A stretch of DNA of 64,000 nt, taken from contig NW_024704743.1 in NCBI RefSeq assembly GCF_018977255.1, positions 88,228,001 to 88,292,000 on the forward strand, in the 5' to 3' direction. Below the pieces are notes generated by a model. The model made no database searches and was not told the origin of the DNA. It was given only the letters and a program-made list of their open reading frames with translations. The stretch is from Callorhinchus milii. Lineage: Eukaryota. How positions within the stretch are numbered: position 1 is the stretch's first letter; the number at the start of each line of letters is the position of its first letter. The translations under genes were made by a program, and so were the position numbers. Below, piece by piece: positions 23,088-35,562 of this stretch.

Positions 23088-23415
23088 GTGGAGTCCTGTA
23101 GCTCAGTGGTTAGAGCACTCGCTTTGCAAGCGAGAGATCCAAAGTTCAATTCCAGGCAGGGCGAAACCTTGGGCAAGTTTCCTTACTCCACACACCTAAT
23201 AATAATCCCTCCAAAACCAAAAACAATAATAAATTGGTCATTTTCAATCTACGACTGTTTGTGGGACACTGCTGTGCGCAATTGGCTGCCGCGTTTGCCC
23301 ACAAATATACAGTCAATTCACTTTACAGTGTGTTCTGTGAAGCGCTTTGGGACGTCCTCCCAACGTGAAAAGCGCTATATCAAATGCAAGGATTATTTAT
23401 TATTATTTATTATTA
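23088..23415 (+). mobile_element. Full-length young tRNA-Ala-derived SINE (short form)
   Basis: gtggagtcctgtagctcagtggttagagcactcgctttgcaagcgag ... gctatatcaaatgcaaggattat. Confidence 0.96.
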
Positions 23416-23497
23416 CCCGTCTTTTGGTGAAATTGGTCAGAAAGATGGTAGGTGGGGGGGTGGAGAGAAAGGGAAATTACTTCAAAAGAGTGAGCAT

Positions 23498-23668
23498 TGA
23501 ATCACGTAAAATGGCCAAGTCTAAACTTCGCAAGATCTGACAGTGATGCTGAGCTAAAACTCCCACCTTGGAGCTTTGGTTAGCCCTGGTCCATGAAGCA
23601 GGAAGGTCATGTTTGGCTGGTACAAAGCATTTGATACAAATCATCTCCTGCCCTTTTCTGCAGGAAAG
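23498..23668 (+). repeat. Copy 2 of the ~165 bp local direct duplication
   Basis: matches 21987-22147 with scattered substitutions and a 9 nt insertion. Confidence 0.9.
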
Positions 23669-24783
23669 TTCATTCCATGGTGCATGTGAAGTCGAGGAAC
23701 TTCTACACAGCCTGGAAGGGAGGGATAGAATGATAATTATCACGGACTAGCTAAGAGCTCTATTGGCAGATATCTCGGATCACATTACTAACCCTAAGAA
23801 GCTTAATAGGAAAATCATGTACATTTGAAAGTCACCACTAATAAGTCAATCCAAAACTTTTAGAGCCATAAATCTTGCCTGCTTCCAAATGTTTCCTATC
23901 TGATCAGACTCTATATCCATTGGTATTACCAATAGTGGGATGCATTGTGTTGTATTCACAGCTGTGGTCAGCAGTTGTTGCTGATATGCATTGCTGTCTT
24001 TCTTTCCTTTGGTATTGTTCTGCTTTGTGCAGTCTCAATGCCATATTGACTGCAGGATTATGAAATTCTTTAAATAAAACTTATAACAAAAAAAAGGAGG
24101 TTACGAACAACATTGCTACATATAAATTCTCCATCCACCTCATAAAGTGCAGGCCACTTCTAAAGGACTAGTTGCAGAAGCACTTTTTTTTCATCTCTTA
24201 GCTGGAAGTTCTTGCTGTAATTGTTCAATCCAAGCCACGCTCAGTTTGTAAAGAAGGAAAGGGATATCAGCTCCTGTCCCTGACATGCATTGCAATTACA
24301 CGGTGATTGACAGGCTGTGACTGAGCGACACAGATTTAAAAAAATGATCATGTTAAATTCAATCCAGCAAGCTCTTCAGTTTAATGCCCGAAAAAATAAA
24401 ACGTAAATTATGTTTTATGCAGCATCTGCGTATTCTGGTAAACACGAGTGATTCCAATAAAAACAGAAACAAAAAATGCAAGTTCTGATCCTCCTCTCAT
24501 CGGGCTGTTGTGTCCTCTGAGGCTCACAAACAGCTGGCGAATCCTGTGTGAGGTGTCTGATCTCAGACTGAATCCAGTCATTCAATGACTACATCTACCC
24601 TCTGTTGCAGATTACGTCTGAGCCGAGCAAAATTATTAATGCTGATAAATTATTGGCAATTGTTTCTGCTTTTTCAGGCATCAGCATGTCTTACAATTAC
24701 AATGGCTGACAATTCGCTCTCCCATGTACATGTTAATAGCGATGGCCTATCCCAGACAATTCACTTCCCCTTACTCTAATATT

Positions 24784-25149
24784 GTAGAGTCACGTAGCGT
24801 ATTGGTTAGAGCACTTGCCTCGCAAGTGAGTGTCCTAGGTTTGATTCTTGGCCAGGATGAAATGTTAGACAAGTTTCCTTACTCCACTCACCTCTGAAGA
24901 AACCTTTTTTTAGTCGATTGGTGGATCGTTTTTCGCGGGTACTAAGACCTTAAAAAAAAAATTAAAAATAATTATTTGGTCACTCAAACCACGACGGTTG
25001 GTGGGACACTGCTGTGCATAATTGGCTGCCAAGTTTGACCCAAAAAATATACAGTCAATTCACTTTACAGTTTATTCTATGAAGTGCTTGGAGATGTCTC
25101 GAAGACGTAATAAGGTGATATATCAAAATATAAGAATTATTATTATAAT
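24784..25149 (+). mobile_element. tRNA-Ala-derived SINE, long and more diverged form
   Basis: same head and tail plus the extra internal segment tagtcgattggtggatcgtttttc. Confidence 0.88.
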
Positions 25150-25844
25150 ATCCTCATTACTGTCCCTGTGGCTATTGGTGCCACTGTTACATCATAAGCT
25201 TGGAAATGTGCAGTTAAGTACATTTAACAATAGAGTGTTTCATTTCATAGCAATTTCTAAATATAAATGGAAACCTTGGGAGGGAAATTGCGACATGTAA
25301 TCTGTCAATTAACACCACCATTAACTAAGATGTTGTTAACTTTGTCTCAGTGAGGCCCAAATTGGTGGCAGGGTGCCAGTAATACCAACTGAGCCAGGCA
25401 GCCACTACTAGAGCAGATACAAAACCTCACCTGCAACCATTCATCCTGCCAGACGAACCAGTGAACATGGACCCTCCTCTAGACTGTAAGGCTTGGACCA
25501 CCCTCCCCATTGCACTGATAGGAACTGGATTACATTAGTACATTGGAAGCTTATAACTATCAATAACCTTAATCTGAAATGCTCTAATATGTTTATGTGT
25601 CTATGTACTTATCTGTGTGTATACATTTATGATTGTCTGTGAATGGGAGTGGAACGGAAAATGCATCCATTTCTCTGGTGATGTTTTGAGCATGTTTCCT
25701 TACCATTGTCCTGTAGTGTGGGGGCTCTCCAGGCTGTCATGATACAATTATGAGTTTAGGGCCTTTTTTTTAGGAGATCTTGTTTGGAGGGCGTCCAGTC
25801 TCCAGTGGTTCAGTGACAGTGAATGTTTGCGTTTTCTCTGAGCA

Positions 25845-26525
25845 ATGGTGAAGGCGAGGACGAGGATTTTGAACTCAATCCTCTGGGAATGGGGAGTCAA
25901 TAGAGCCAGGCGAGGGTGGGGGTGATGGGGTTATGGAGCCTATTGCTGGAAGGGACACGAGCTGCAGAGTTTGTGGAGGGAAAAGTTGGGAAGGCCGACA
26001 AGCAGGGAGTTGGCATAGTCAAGCCTAGATGTGATGAACGTGTGAATGAGGGTTTTGGCGGCCTGAGGGGTGAGACAGTGGCGGGGCCAGGTGATGTTGC
26101 GGAGATGGGGGAAGGCAGAGCAGGTCATGGCATGGATGTGGGGTAGAAAGGACAGTTGAAGGTAAAACAAGATGCCAAGGTTCCGGACTGGCTCAGTGAG
26201 ATGGAATGTGCATCCATGGATGGTGATGCTGCCAGTGCCTGAGGTGTGGAGGCACTGATGGGAGCCAATCAGGAGAGCCTTGGTCTTGTTGACGTCCAAG
26301 TGTAGAAAGTTAGCTCTCATCCAGGGCATGTAAATGTTGAAGAGGAGAGGATTGAGGACAGAGCACCGAGGAATGCCGCACAAGACCATGCTGGGACTAG
26401 AGGTGAAGCCATTTGTGGAGGCAAAGTGGATTTGGTGTGAAAGGTAGGATCTGAACCTCTCAAGGACAGAACCATGAAGGTTGAGGTGAGAGGAGAGGCG
26501 GTGGACGAGGACAGAGTGGTCAACA
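25845..26525 (-). mobile_element. L2 RT fragment
   Basis: PLLFNIYM, WMRANFLHLDVNKTKALLIG, VRNLGILF, TFITSRLDYANSLL. Confidence 0.9.
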
Positions 26526-28343
26526 GTATATAATAATAATTTAATGTTATATAATAAATTAAATTAAAGACATTGCTAGCTCCTTAGATCCTGCAGCAAA
26601 AATCCTAATTCCTTGAGTTGTTGTTGAGTCAAACGTATCTCTACATTTGTTTTTCTATGACTACCTCTGAGGTGAACACTCAATGTGCAGAGGCCAATCA
26701 TTTCTCATTGGATTGAATGGATTTGGCTCATTCATCTAGAATCTATATTTTCTCAACGTGCGAAGGGTTAAAAGAAACGATTCCCAGTTGACCTTTGTTT
26801 GATTTACATTCTCTCTGCATGGTTGCTCTCCTGCAAACAGCTTCATTCAAGCTGGGGACAGCAGACTCCTTCCTCTATGCTGCTCCCAAGCAACTGATAG
26901 CAGCTATGTTTTAAGTGTGTGTGAGTGTGTGGGGTGGAAATGATTTTAGTTCTTTCCCCTCTGCCCCATCCTGCATCTTTTTTTCCTCTCCTGACTTGCT
27001 TTGTGCTGCTCCACTTTGGACAGGCTACCTTGCCTCTCTCAGGTGAATAGTTTAAAACAGGCATCACAACCCATCTAACACAGACGTCTAGACCCTGCAA
27101 CCTCCTTGGTGCTGAAGTGAACAGATCAAGCGTTAAACAATCTTCAATCCAAAATACCTTGACTGTGACACTCACTGCTGAAAGAACCCACATTCAATAA
27201 CAAATTCATCATTTTAACAAAACAAAGCAATTACGACAATTAATACAAAGGAATTTCTGATGGTCACCTTTCTGCCGAGGTTATAATAAGGGAATTTATG
27301 CTTAGGAGTTAGTTGATTTGATGCTCACTTGATATTTCTGAAGATCTTATTGTTAATACCACGATTATACCTAGAATATGTAACACCCTTTAAGAGGCAC
27401 TGTCTGTCGGCTCTCTCCTCTGTCTGCTTTAATATGCTCAGCCGGCACAAAGGCTTTCACTGTGTAAATCTTCCTTTGAAATAATAAGCTACTTGTTTAT
27501 TGGTGACACTATAAAGATAATGTGATGAAACAGCAGGACTCTAGCAAGTGGCTTCCAGCAGTATTTGTGATAAGATGCTTCTATTTATATGCATCGCAAT
27601 CAACAATGTTATTTTTTTTCTTTTTAAACCAAAAAGTGAACATCACTTTTTTTTAATGATATTTTATCAGTTTGTTAAGTACTTTCTCACTTGGGTTTAC
27701 AGATTTCAAATCCCCAAAGCTTTCTGCTGACTGACAAAATTTATAATGAGATTACGAGCAACAAGTCATCAACACCCCCATCACCCTTCTCTATAATTCC
27801 AGTGGTTTTGAGTTTTAAATTATATTCCATCCACACCTTTGGACATCTGTGATTCTATTACAGTCCTTAGAATCAAATAACTACATCACCAGCTGGTGCG
27901 TTTAAACCTTGTAGCTGATTTTTTTTCCTTCAGTTGACATGGTAACAGTTGTGAAGTCATCTCTTGGTAATACACTTAATTGATAGCATAAATTATTCCT
28001 GAGATATTTGATTGCAAAATGATGTACTGAAGCTATTTAGTGATCCCACATCAGCCTGGTTTTGGATATGAAATTCCAACCGAGCTATTGCTCTGTTACA
28101 GGCACTGCTTCCTACATGAATTTTAATACCTGGGAGTGGTCCTTAGCAGAATGCTGAACGTACAATCTGGGTGTTAAAATGTCCATGCTGCCAAGGGAAG
28201 TGGAATTAACTATGCACATTGACAGAGGCATTCAGCCCCAGCTAGTGCCCATTGCTAAAGCCACTAAACTAGGAATTTTCTGTCCTATAGTGTCTGAATG
28301 CTTATATATTAGCGTGCAAAACATCCTTAGATTGCTGACTGCT

Positions 28344-28478
28344 ATAATAATAATAATAATAATCCTTGTAATTAATATAGTGCCTCATCACATCTTTGAG
28401 ATGTCTTAAAGTGCTTCACAGACTATACTATATAGTGAATTGGCTGTATATTTTGTGGACGAAACGTAGTAGCCAATT
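28344..28478 (-). mobile_element. SINE 3' fragment
   Basis: (TAA)n atccttgt...gtgaattggctgtatattttgtgg. Confidence 0.8.
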
Positions 28479-28604
28479 ATACTTTAAATGGAGGTTAGTG
28501 GATGCTTGTAATATTTTTGATGCTTTTTTTTCTAATGTTAAGATTTAGGCAATTGGGACCAATGCAGCACAATACTGTTTCAGGACAACTTTATCATCAT
28601 ATCT

Positions 28605-29103
28605 TCAAGAAGCAATGAGGCTGATCCCTAGTGTTAGATAGATGAACTATAAGGAACAACCAGATAAGCTGGAGTTCTTCAGCCTCCAAAAGAGTTGTCC
28701 CAGTGGTGATCTTACAGAAGTATATAATAAGATGCTAAATGGGTGAAAGCAAGTAAATCCAGAAACATCCTTTCAGGTGTACCAAGCCAACATAATAAGA
28801 GGTCACAGGTTTGGCGTTATGCTCTGCCACTGTCAAGCACTCTGGGACACTACCCTTGTGAGGGGCACTATATAAATGCAAGTTGTTGTGTTATAAAGGG
28901 CAATTTTTGAACAGGAATTTTTTTTTACATAGAGGTTAATTACAGTTAGAATGGACTATGGGGAAGGGGGAAGGGTAGAGACCAAGATGTTGGATCCACT
29001 TAAAAAACAACGTGACATTATACCAGGAAAACAAAATGGTGGATATTCTGGAAGCATGAGATCAAATGGGCCAATGGGCCTTCTTCATATGAACCTCTTG
29101 TGA
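28605..29103 (+). mobile_element. CR1 3' fragment with a nested L2-type tail (~28820-28892)
   Basis: ttcttcagcctccaaaagagttg..gtggtgatctta (FSL.K..L.GDL); ttttttacatagagg; tail atgggccaatgggccttcttc. Confidence 0.7.
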
Positions 29104-30164
29104 GATATAGGTTCTAGTATACCCAGGTTTGCCGTCATTGCCTGATCTATGCTTAACTGAGATAAAGACATAGGTAATGATGCAATTGAGACTGTCTAGA
29201 ACTTTCCATAGTGTCTCTTTAAAGCTGCTCATTGTTATAGATTGTGTGGGGGAATTAATAGCATTTCAAAATGTGTCCAGTTAAGGCTAAGACTATAAGA
29301 AAAATGTTGAGTCCCTGACAAACAGTTTGGTGGTAGACAAACCCAGGCAGGTGATGCTGCTGTTGTATCACTGATCACATGATCCCATTCTCCTCTGTTT
29401 ACAAACACACAGTGGTTCCAGACAATTTACCAGATGACTATAATGTCCTTTCAGAGTTATAGCTGCTGTATTACATGGATAGACATGAAAACTAGACAGG
29501 AGCATTCGATGGAATGGAATACCTTCCCATTTGTGCAAAATAGACTATATTTTAACCACATTCCCGCTGGTGTTTTTGAAATTGATAACACTGTATATTG
29601 AAGCAAAACATTTTTCTCCAATATTCAGTCCAAATTCCGGATATATGTGAAAAAACGACTTCTTATATGTCCCAGTCCTTTACACTGACTGGGTCATTCA
29701 GAAATATCAACCACAAGCAGCAAAGCTTAATGCTTATCCATGAGCCAAATGCATAATTTTGCCTTGTACAGAGCTTTAAAAGGGAAGTGGCCATTGCATT
29801 GTCGAACAAAAAATCTTATTTCACAACTTCAGAGGTGGCCAGCATTGCAATGCACTAATGATGAATATTTTGACATTATCATTTCAGAAGCAGTCATGCT
29901 GTTATGTGGAGTAGTTCTCAAGGGAAACCTGGAGCCTATCTTTAGGAGAAATTTCACCGCAGCCCCACAGGGATCCTATTCAGTTTGTCTCACCAAACAG
30001 AGGATGACCGTAACTGAGCACAGTCTCCCAGGATTTACACTGATGATGGCCAGGCTGACTCAATTGATGCAGTTCAGACAAAACAGCGAAATGCACAAAT
30101 TGACATTTCCTTCTTCAGAAAAAATGGCAGGAGACTGATCGGAGGTCAGGTATTGAATTTCACA

Positions 30165-30600
30165 TGATCACAAAAAAGATTTGGGAAGAGAAAGCCATTC
30201 AGCCCATTTGATCTCATCCTTTCATATTCCCTACCACCCTCCCATTACAGCATCAAGCCATTTCTTAGATGAGTCCAGTGGCCTGGCCTCAACCACTGTT
30301 CTTGATAACCTTGTTCCAGATGTTAACCACCCTCCGGTCCTTTGATCTGGACAAGTGAACAAATGAAATTGAGAGACCAGGTGATATGCTGTCCATCACA
30401 GTGTCTACATCCTTGTACCTTTGGCGACTCACCATAATTACCTGTGAGGTTTTAGGTTGTGTTGTTGAAGCAGAATCAATAAATTCTTTCAAAAAGGAAT
30501 TAGATGCTTGAAAGTACTGAAGGGTCAGGGAACAAACAGGAGAGTGATATAAGATCAGGTGTCTCAAGTAGAGGAACACTCTCGCACAGACTTGAAAGGA
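30165..30600. mobile_element. Two CR1 3' fragments in opposite orientation
   Basis: aagccattcagccc..ggcctcaaccactg (minus) and gttgaagcagaatcaataaattctttcaaaaaggaattagat (plus). Confidence 0.6.
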
Positions 30601-31454
30601 TTGTTTCTTTGTTATATCATTGTATAATGCTGTGACTCGACAGGATCTTCATTGCAAACTGCACTTGAAGTAAATCATTATTACATGCTCAGCCTGATGG
30701 AGATTGTCAGTTAAGATGATCGGCAACTACATTTGTCAATAACTAAAATGTCCTTTGTTCTTTACTACTGATCACAGAACCAGTCAAAGTATGGTTGGGG
30801 GATCACAAATGCAGAATTCACAACAGGATTTGCAAAGGATTTGTAGGAACTCTGCAATGAATGGGCACAATGGAGCAGAACACAGACATATATCTGGGTT
30901 CTGGCAGAATTTTAGATCTGCAAACTGTTTGGTTATATCTTCTACCTGACACTAATGTTCGATAGGGCTCCGAGACTCTACCCTGCATGAGGGGTTCTTT
31001 ATAAAGTCAAGTTTCTTTTGTTGTACTGGCCAAATTGTTACCCTAGCACTGTCTAATGGTGTTAAGTGTGGTACCTGGTCAGAGTATATATGTGTGTTTG
31101 TCCCGAAATTAACAGACGAGCAACTGAAATAGAAGCCATTAGCTTAAAAATAACACATTGTATAGAATTACATTGAAAATTACAGTAGTAAAACAGGCCT
31201 GTGTGCCCAACTAGTGCCTGTGGTTGAAGAGGAGGATCTTGAGACGTGCCTTGAAGGAGGGAGAGAGCAAGGTGAAGGACTGTGGGATAGAGTTCCAAAG
31301 CATGGGGGCAGAGAGGCTGAAGGCCTGATCACCAATGACCAGCTTCAAATTTAAGATTACAATAATGAAATGTCCAAAATGTGCATGCTGTAAAATGTTT
31401 TACAAAATGTTTAAGCATAGACCTATCTGGCCAAGCTCCACTGAAATTTTACAA

Positions 31455-31780
31455 ACACCCATGAGGTGAATGACCAATTAATTTGAATTGTTGGCCAGGA
31501 CACCAGGAGAAATTCCTTATTCTTTTGCAATCACTTCATGGGAATTTAATATTCTCCCAAGAATTAGGCAGGAGAGGCTTTAGTTTAAAACTGTATTAGA
31601 GTTCTAAGGGACCATAACAACAGCAACAACTTGCATTTTTATAATCTTGGAGAGTTCCTGTTCTGACCAGTACTGAACTGAAGTGTTAGCCTTGACTTTG
31701 AACTCCAGTCCTGACGTGTGGCTTGAACCTGTAGCCTTTTGACCCAAAGGCAAGAGTGGTACTATCTGAGCCAAAGTGAC
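31455..31780 (-). mobile_element. DeuSINE-type element, interrupted
   Basis: ttgttggccaggacaccaggagaaa core and ggcttgaacctgtagccttttgac head. Confidence 0.7.
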
Positions 31781-34700
31781 AGAAAGGGGAGCAGATATTG
31801 CACAACTTTTCCTCAGGCAAAGGCAAACCCACTTCATTGAAACAAGACATTATCAGATGGTCTTAGAATTACAGATTACAGAATTACATGTGACAAACTT
31901 CAAAGATTACAGAGACATAGCAATTGCGACTTATCTGTTCTAAAATGATCCCTCGCGAATGCCCTATCCGAATGTGCAGAGAATATCCTGGAATATCAAC
32001 AAAAAGCTAATTGTTTTAAATCTTTGAGCCCTTCCAGTAAAATATGCATTTTCATTTGAAATCCGGGAATAGGTTTTAAGTATAAACGTTGATTCAGAGA
32101 GTGTATAATTCAACAAAGATTTGAATGGGTCATTAAATGAGATCTCTCTCAAAAAAAATACCATCAATACAATAATGCATGGAAATCAGCATTAACCTTA
32201 CAGACTGAGATTTCATACGCCTATATGTGAGAAGGTTTGAGAATTTCAGCAAGCTGCAGCAAGGTATTTATGAAGACCCATTTCAACAATGCCGCAGTCT
32301 GATTTAATTTCTGCATTTTATATTATTGAATTTGTTCTGCAGCCTTTTCCACTTACTATCACTTTGTAATGCAGAATTGAGTTTAGAATACATTTTATTT
32401 CTTCTGAGTCAGACACCTGGTTTGTTGAATGCATATCAATATAGCAAAAATAAATTAGGAAGGAGCAAATCAAGCAAAGCTGTTCTGAAGAACTGTTTTG
32501 ATATGGCTTTTGTTAGACATTTCCCATCCTTATCTGGTTGTATTTCCCCTGTAAAGCTGATGAACTTACGATGAGTTGAAATGCAATGATATTTCTGCTG
32601 TTCTCTTCCCCCAGTTCATTGTGACTTTTTATCAGGAACAGAAATAGAGGAAGACTGAATTAAACAGGAGCTGCTGAACTGGGATCTGCGATAACAATAC
32701 AAATGGATTTTTTGGACAGAGAAAACAGCTGTCTCCATTATTTGAATGCTTCACCTTTCTCCACTCCATTAATTGGTTCTTTGATCACAGACTGAGGTGG
32801 AGAGGCCCTGATAAGGAATAGGTTATTAGGAAAGTAGCCTGAAGGAATAAATCGGAGCCACTACTTGCTGCAGGAGATGAGATAAACCCATAATGCTAGC
32901 GAGTGCGAGTGGTAAGTAGTGATAGGGCTTCATTCTCCCCTGAACAGCTTGCGAAGGATGGAGAGCAAAGCAGCAGCACTATGAAAGTTAATACAGGATA
33001 TACATTTAGCTCTAAGGGATGGACGTGGATAAGAATTCCATGAAGAATCTTTCCCCTTTGAATACCTTACACTTTTTTTAATCAAGCTGGCTGCAATATA
33101 TTGTAGAAACAGTTTCTGGATCTTCCTGTATGCTAAGCACAACTGGAGGGTTTCAATAAAGAGGGGAAAATGACTGTTAAATTTGTCCTTCAAGACATTA
33201 ATAACAGCTTCTTTGAAGTGTAGTAAAGCTAAATTGCAGGAATTAAATTTGATTGAATCTAAGCCTGTTTATTCTTGATTTTTAGGGATCAAGCAATGCA
33301 CAATTTGTAATACTTCGCTGCAAATATTAAGAAACTCGCTATCTTGTAATCCGTTCTGTCCATGAATGCTACTGGAGGGGACAAACCATATTGGTTTGTT
33401 GTTAATGTACTGGAAAGAGGTGCTATAGAGAAAACAGTTAATATTAAATTATGAACACAAGGTTATCTTTCCATTGCACATGCTCCAGTGCCCTAGGCTG
33501 GAGTAATCTGTTAATAGCATGCGATCAAAATTACACCATTAAAGAACTGAAGCTGCACATATTTTGCAGTCTGAGTGATGTAGAAAGCTCAGTTTTCCAT
33601 CATTCAGCCTGCAGTTAATTATCTATGCTGCTAAAAATTGATGTGGGGCATAAGTTAGAAAGAGCTAGTACTAAAGCACATGGCAAATAGCTGGCAGGCA
33701 GGGACAGAAGGACACATTTTTGATGACTAATCCGTCATGACATTGCACCAAATGCTACTCTTTTATTCAGTCTGGGATCAAATTCAAATACCTTTAGAGT
33801 TCAATCGTCCTGCATAGGCATCTGGTTGACATTTCTAACAAAGGCTTGTGCATAGCTTGTGCACTAAGAGTTAAAGCACACATGACATTCCCAGTGATGT
33901 TCTCGTCAACTGGTCTGCTTTGTTTTATTTACACTTATAGTAACCCACACAACTACATTCACTCAGACACACATGAGAAATTGGTGCAACAAATGATTGA
34001 TTTTATTTCGCAGCTCTTTGAATGCACTGTTAGGCTTCTGCTGGCAGCTCACTGAACACTAAACGTTTCTCAGGGATGAATCTTTCTTCTTGGTTTGGAG
34101 GTAGGATTATAGTTAATATTGAAACCCTGTTTTAGTTCATTCATGAAGATCTTCATATATCTACACATTGATCGAATTTTCACTAAAAATAACAGGACAG
34201 TGGATTCAATGCATCGCCTTTGTAATGGCTCACATAGTTCAGGCTGAGATTGCAGAGCAGTTCTGGGGATTACTGTATTAGTGGAGGTGGAGGTTCGAAT
34301 CTGGATAGGATTATTAACATTACCTGAAAGTATGAGAAGAAAATTGTGGTTTTTGATACTATCACTGATAATAATTATCACAACAACCAAAAATACAGTC
34401 AAAAGGAATCAATAATTATCACTGAGCTTTGGGGGTGAACATTTGATCATATTTTTGGTCACCAAATAATATCCCTGGTTGGCGGTGTATGGTAGCTTAG
34501 TGATATGTTACTGGACTAGAATCATGGGTTTGAATTTTACAAGGGAGTCCAACAGTGTCCTGATCGATAATTCTCCCTCACCTAACTTCATCGGCAAATA
34601 AATAAGGAATTTGACGTTTATCTCAATGTTGTTCATCAATCCACTTTGAGAAATCTCAATGACACTATAAGGATACAGGACACTGTAAGGATTATTATTA

Positions 34701-34829
34701 TTGTTTGTGGAACATTCCTGGCATAGATCTCCTGCCATGTTTGCCGACATAATAACACTCATCACACTTCAAAGCAACTCGTTGTATAAAATGTTTTAAG
34801 AGGTTTTGACATCATAAAGTATGACATCA

Positions 34830-34997
34830 TGTTTGTGGGACACTGCTGTGCGCAATTTGGCTGTCGCGTTTCGCCCACAAATATACAGTAAATTCACTTT
34901 ACAGCATATTCTGTGAAGCTCTTTGAGACGTCTAGAAGACATGAAAAGTATCATATCAAATGCAAGGATTATTATTATTATTATTATATTATTATTA
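34830..34997 (+). mobile_element. Young SINE 3' half
   Basis: tgtttgtgggacactgctgtgcgcaa...tatcaaatgcaaggattattatt. Confidence 0.9.
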
Positions 34998-35474
34998 CAT
35001 TTAGGATGAATGTTTTTCTTCAAAATCTTATTTTCGTAATAATTGGAAGTAATAGCCCGATCTTGTGCTGAAATTCTGAGAGCTTCTGTTTCGCCTCTCA
35101 AATCCCCATTAGTCATAAGCTGTAACTTTGGTTTATAGCTAGGCCTTGTTCTTTCATTTTCCTTGGAAAGTGACTATGCATGACTTTCTTCACCCATTTG
35201 TTTCTCCTGCGACATTTAATTTTCTTTTTAAGGACAATTTTCATTCTATGTGCCATTTTCGCTGGTTCAGTTAAGCTACTTTCTATTTCTCTTTAATGGA
35301 CGTCATATTGTTGCTTGATTTTGATTGCTTCTTTACTGATGGAAAAAAAAATTCTGCTTCTCATTCTTTTCTATCATTCTGATACTGTCACTGGGTTTGT
35401 CTTGATTTATTCAGCTAATCCCACAATTACTGATTTGTAAGATGCTTCAATTCCAATCAGGCCTCTTCTTCCTG
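34998..35474 (-). mobile_element. R4/Dong/Rex6-clade non-LTR retrotransposon fragment (post-RT region), decayed
   Basis: minus-strand peptides SGRRGLIGIEASYKSVIVGLAE, KWVKKVMH and LRGETEALRISAQDRAITSNYYENKILKKNIHPKC resemble the GGRGL / W..K.LHG / ETE....AAQD.A...PKC motifs of restriction-like-endonuclease LINEs. Confidence 0.7.
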
Positions 35475-35562
35475 ATTATTACTATTATTATTATTATGAG
35501 ATCAGTTGGGCAGAAGAGCTTTCATCCAAACCAATCTTGTGATCATGTAAGCATACACAACC

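Noticed and set aside
23090..23164. tRNA-Ala(TGC) gene (also at 14284, 38111, 42886)
   Set aside because: Each is fused to the same SINE body and TTA tail, stems are imperfect and the anticodon varies between copies (TGC/CGC/TCC); these are SINE heads
23088..23540. 150 aa ORF with paralogous ORFs elsewhere (MESCSSVVRAL...)
   Set aside because: Translations of SINE copies
29740..30138. 132 aa protein-coding gene
   Set aside because: No motifs and no promoter or splice context; length is within chance for 64 kb in six frames
30119..30149. 31 nt micro-exon (ttcttcag...cag|gtattg)
   Set aside because: Frame-shifting length and no supporting evidence
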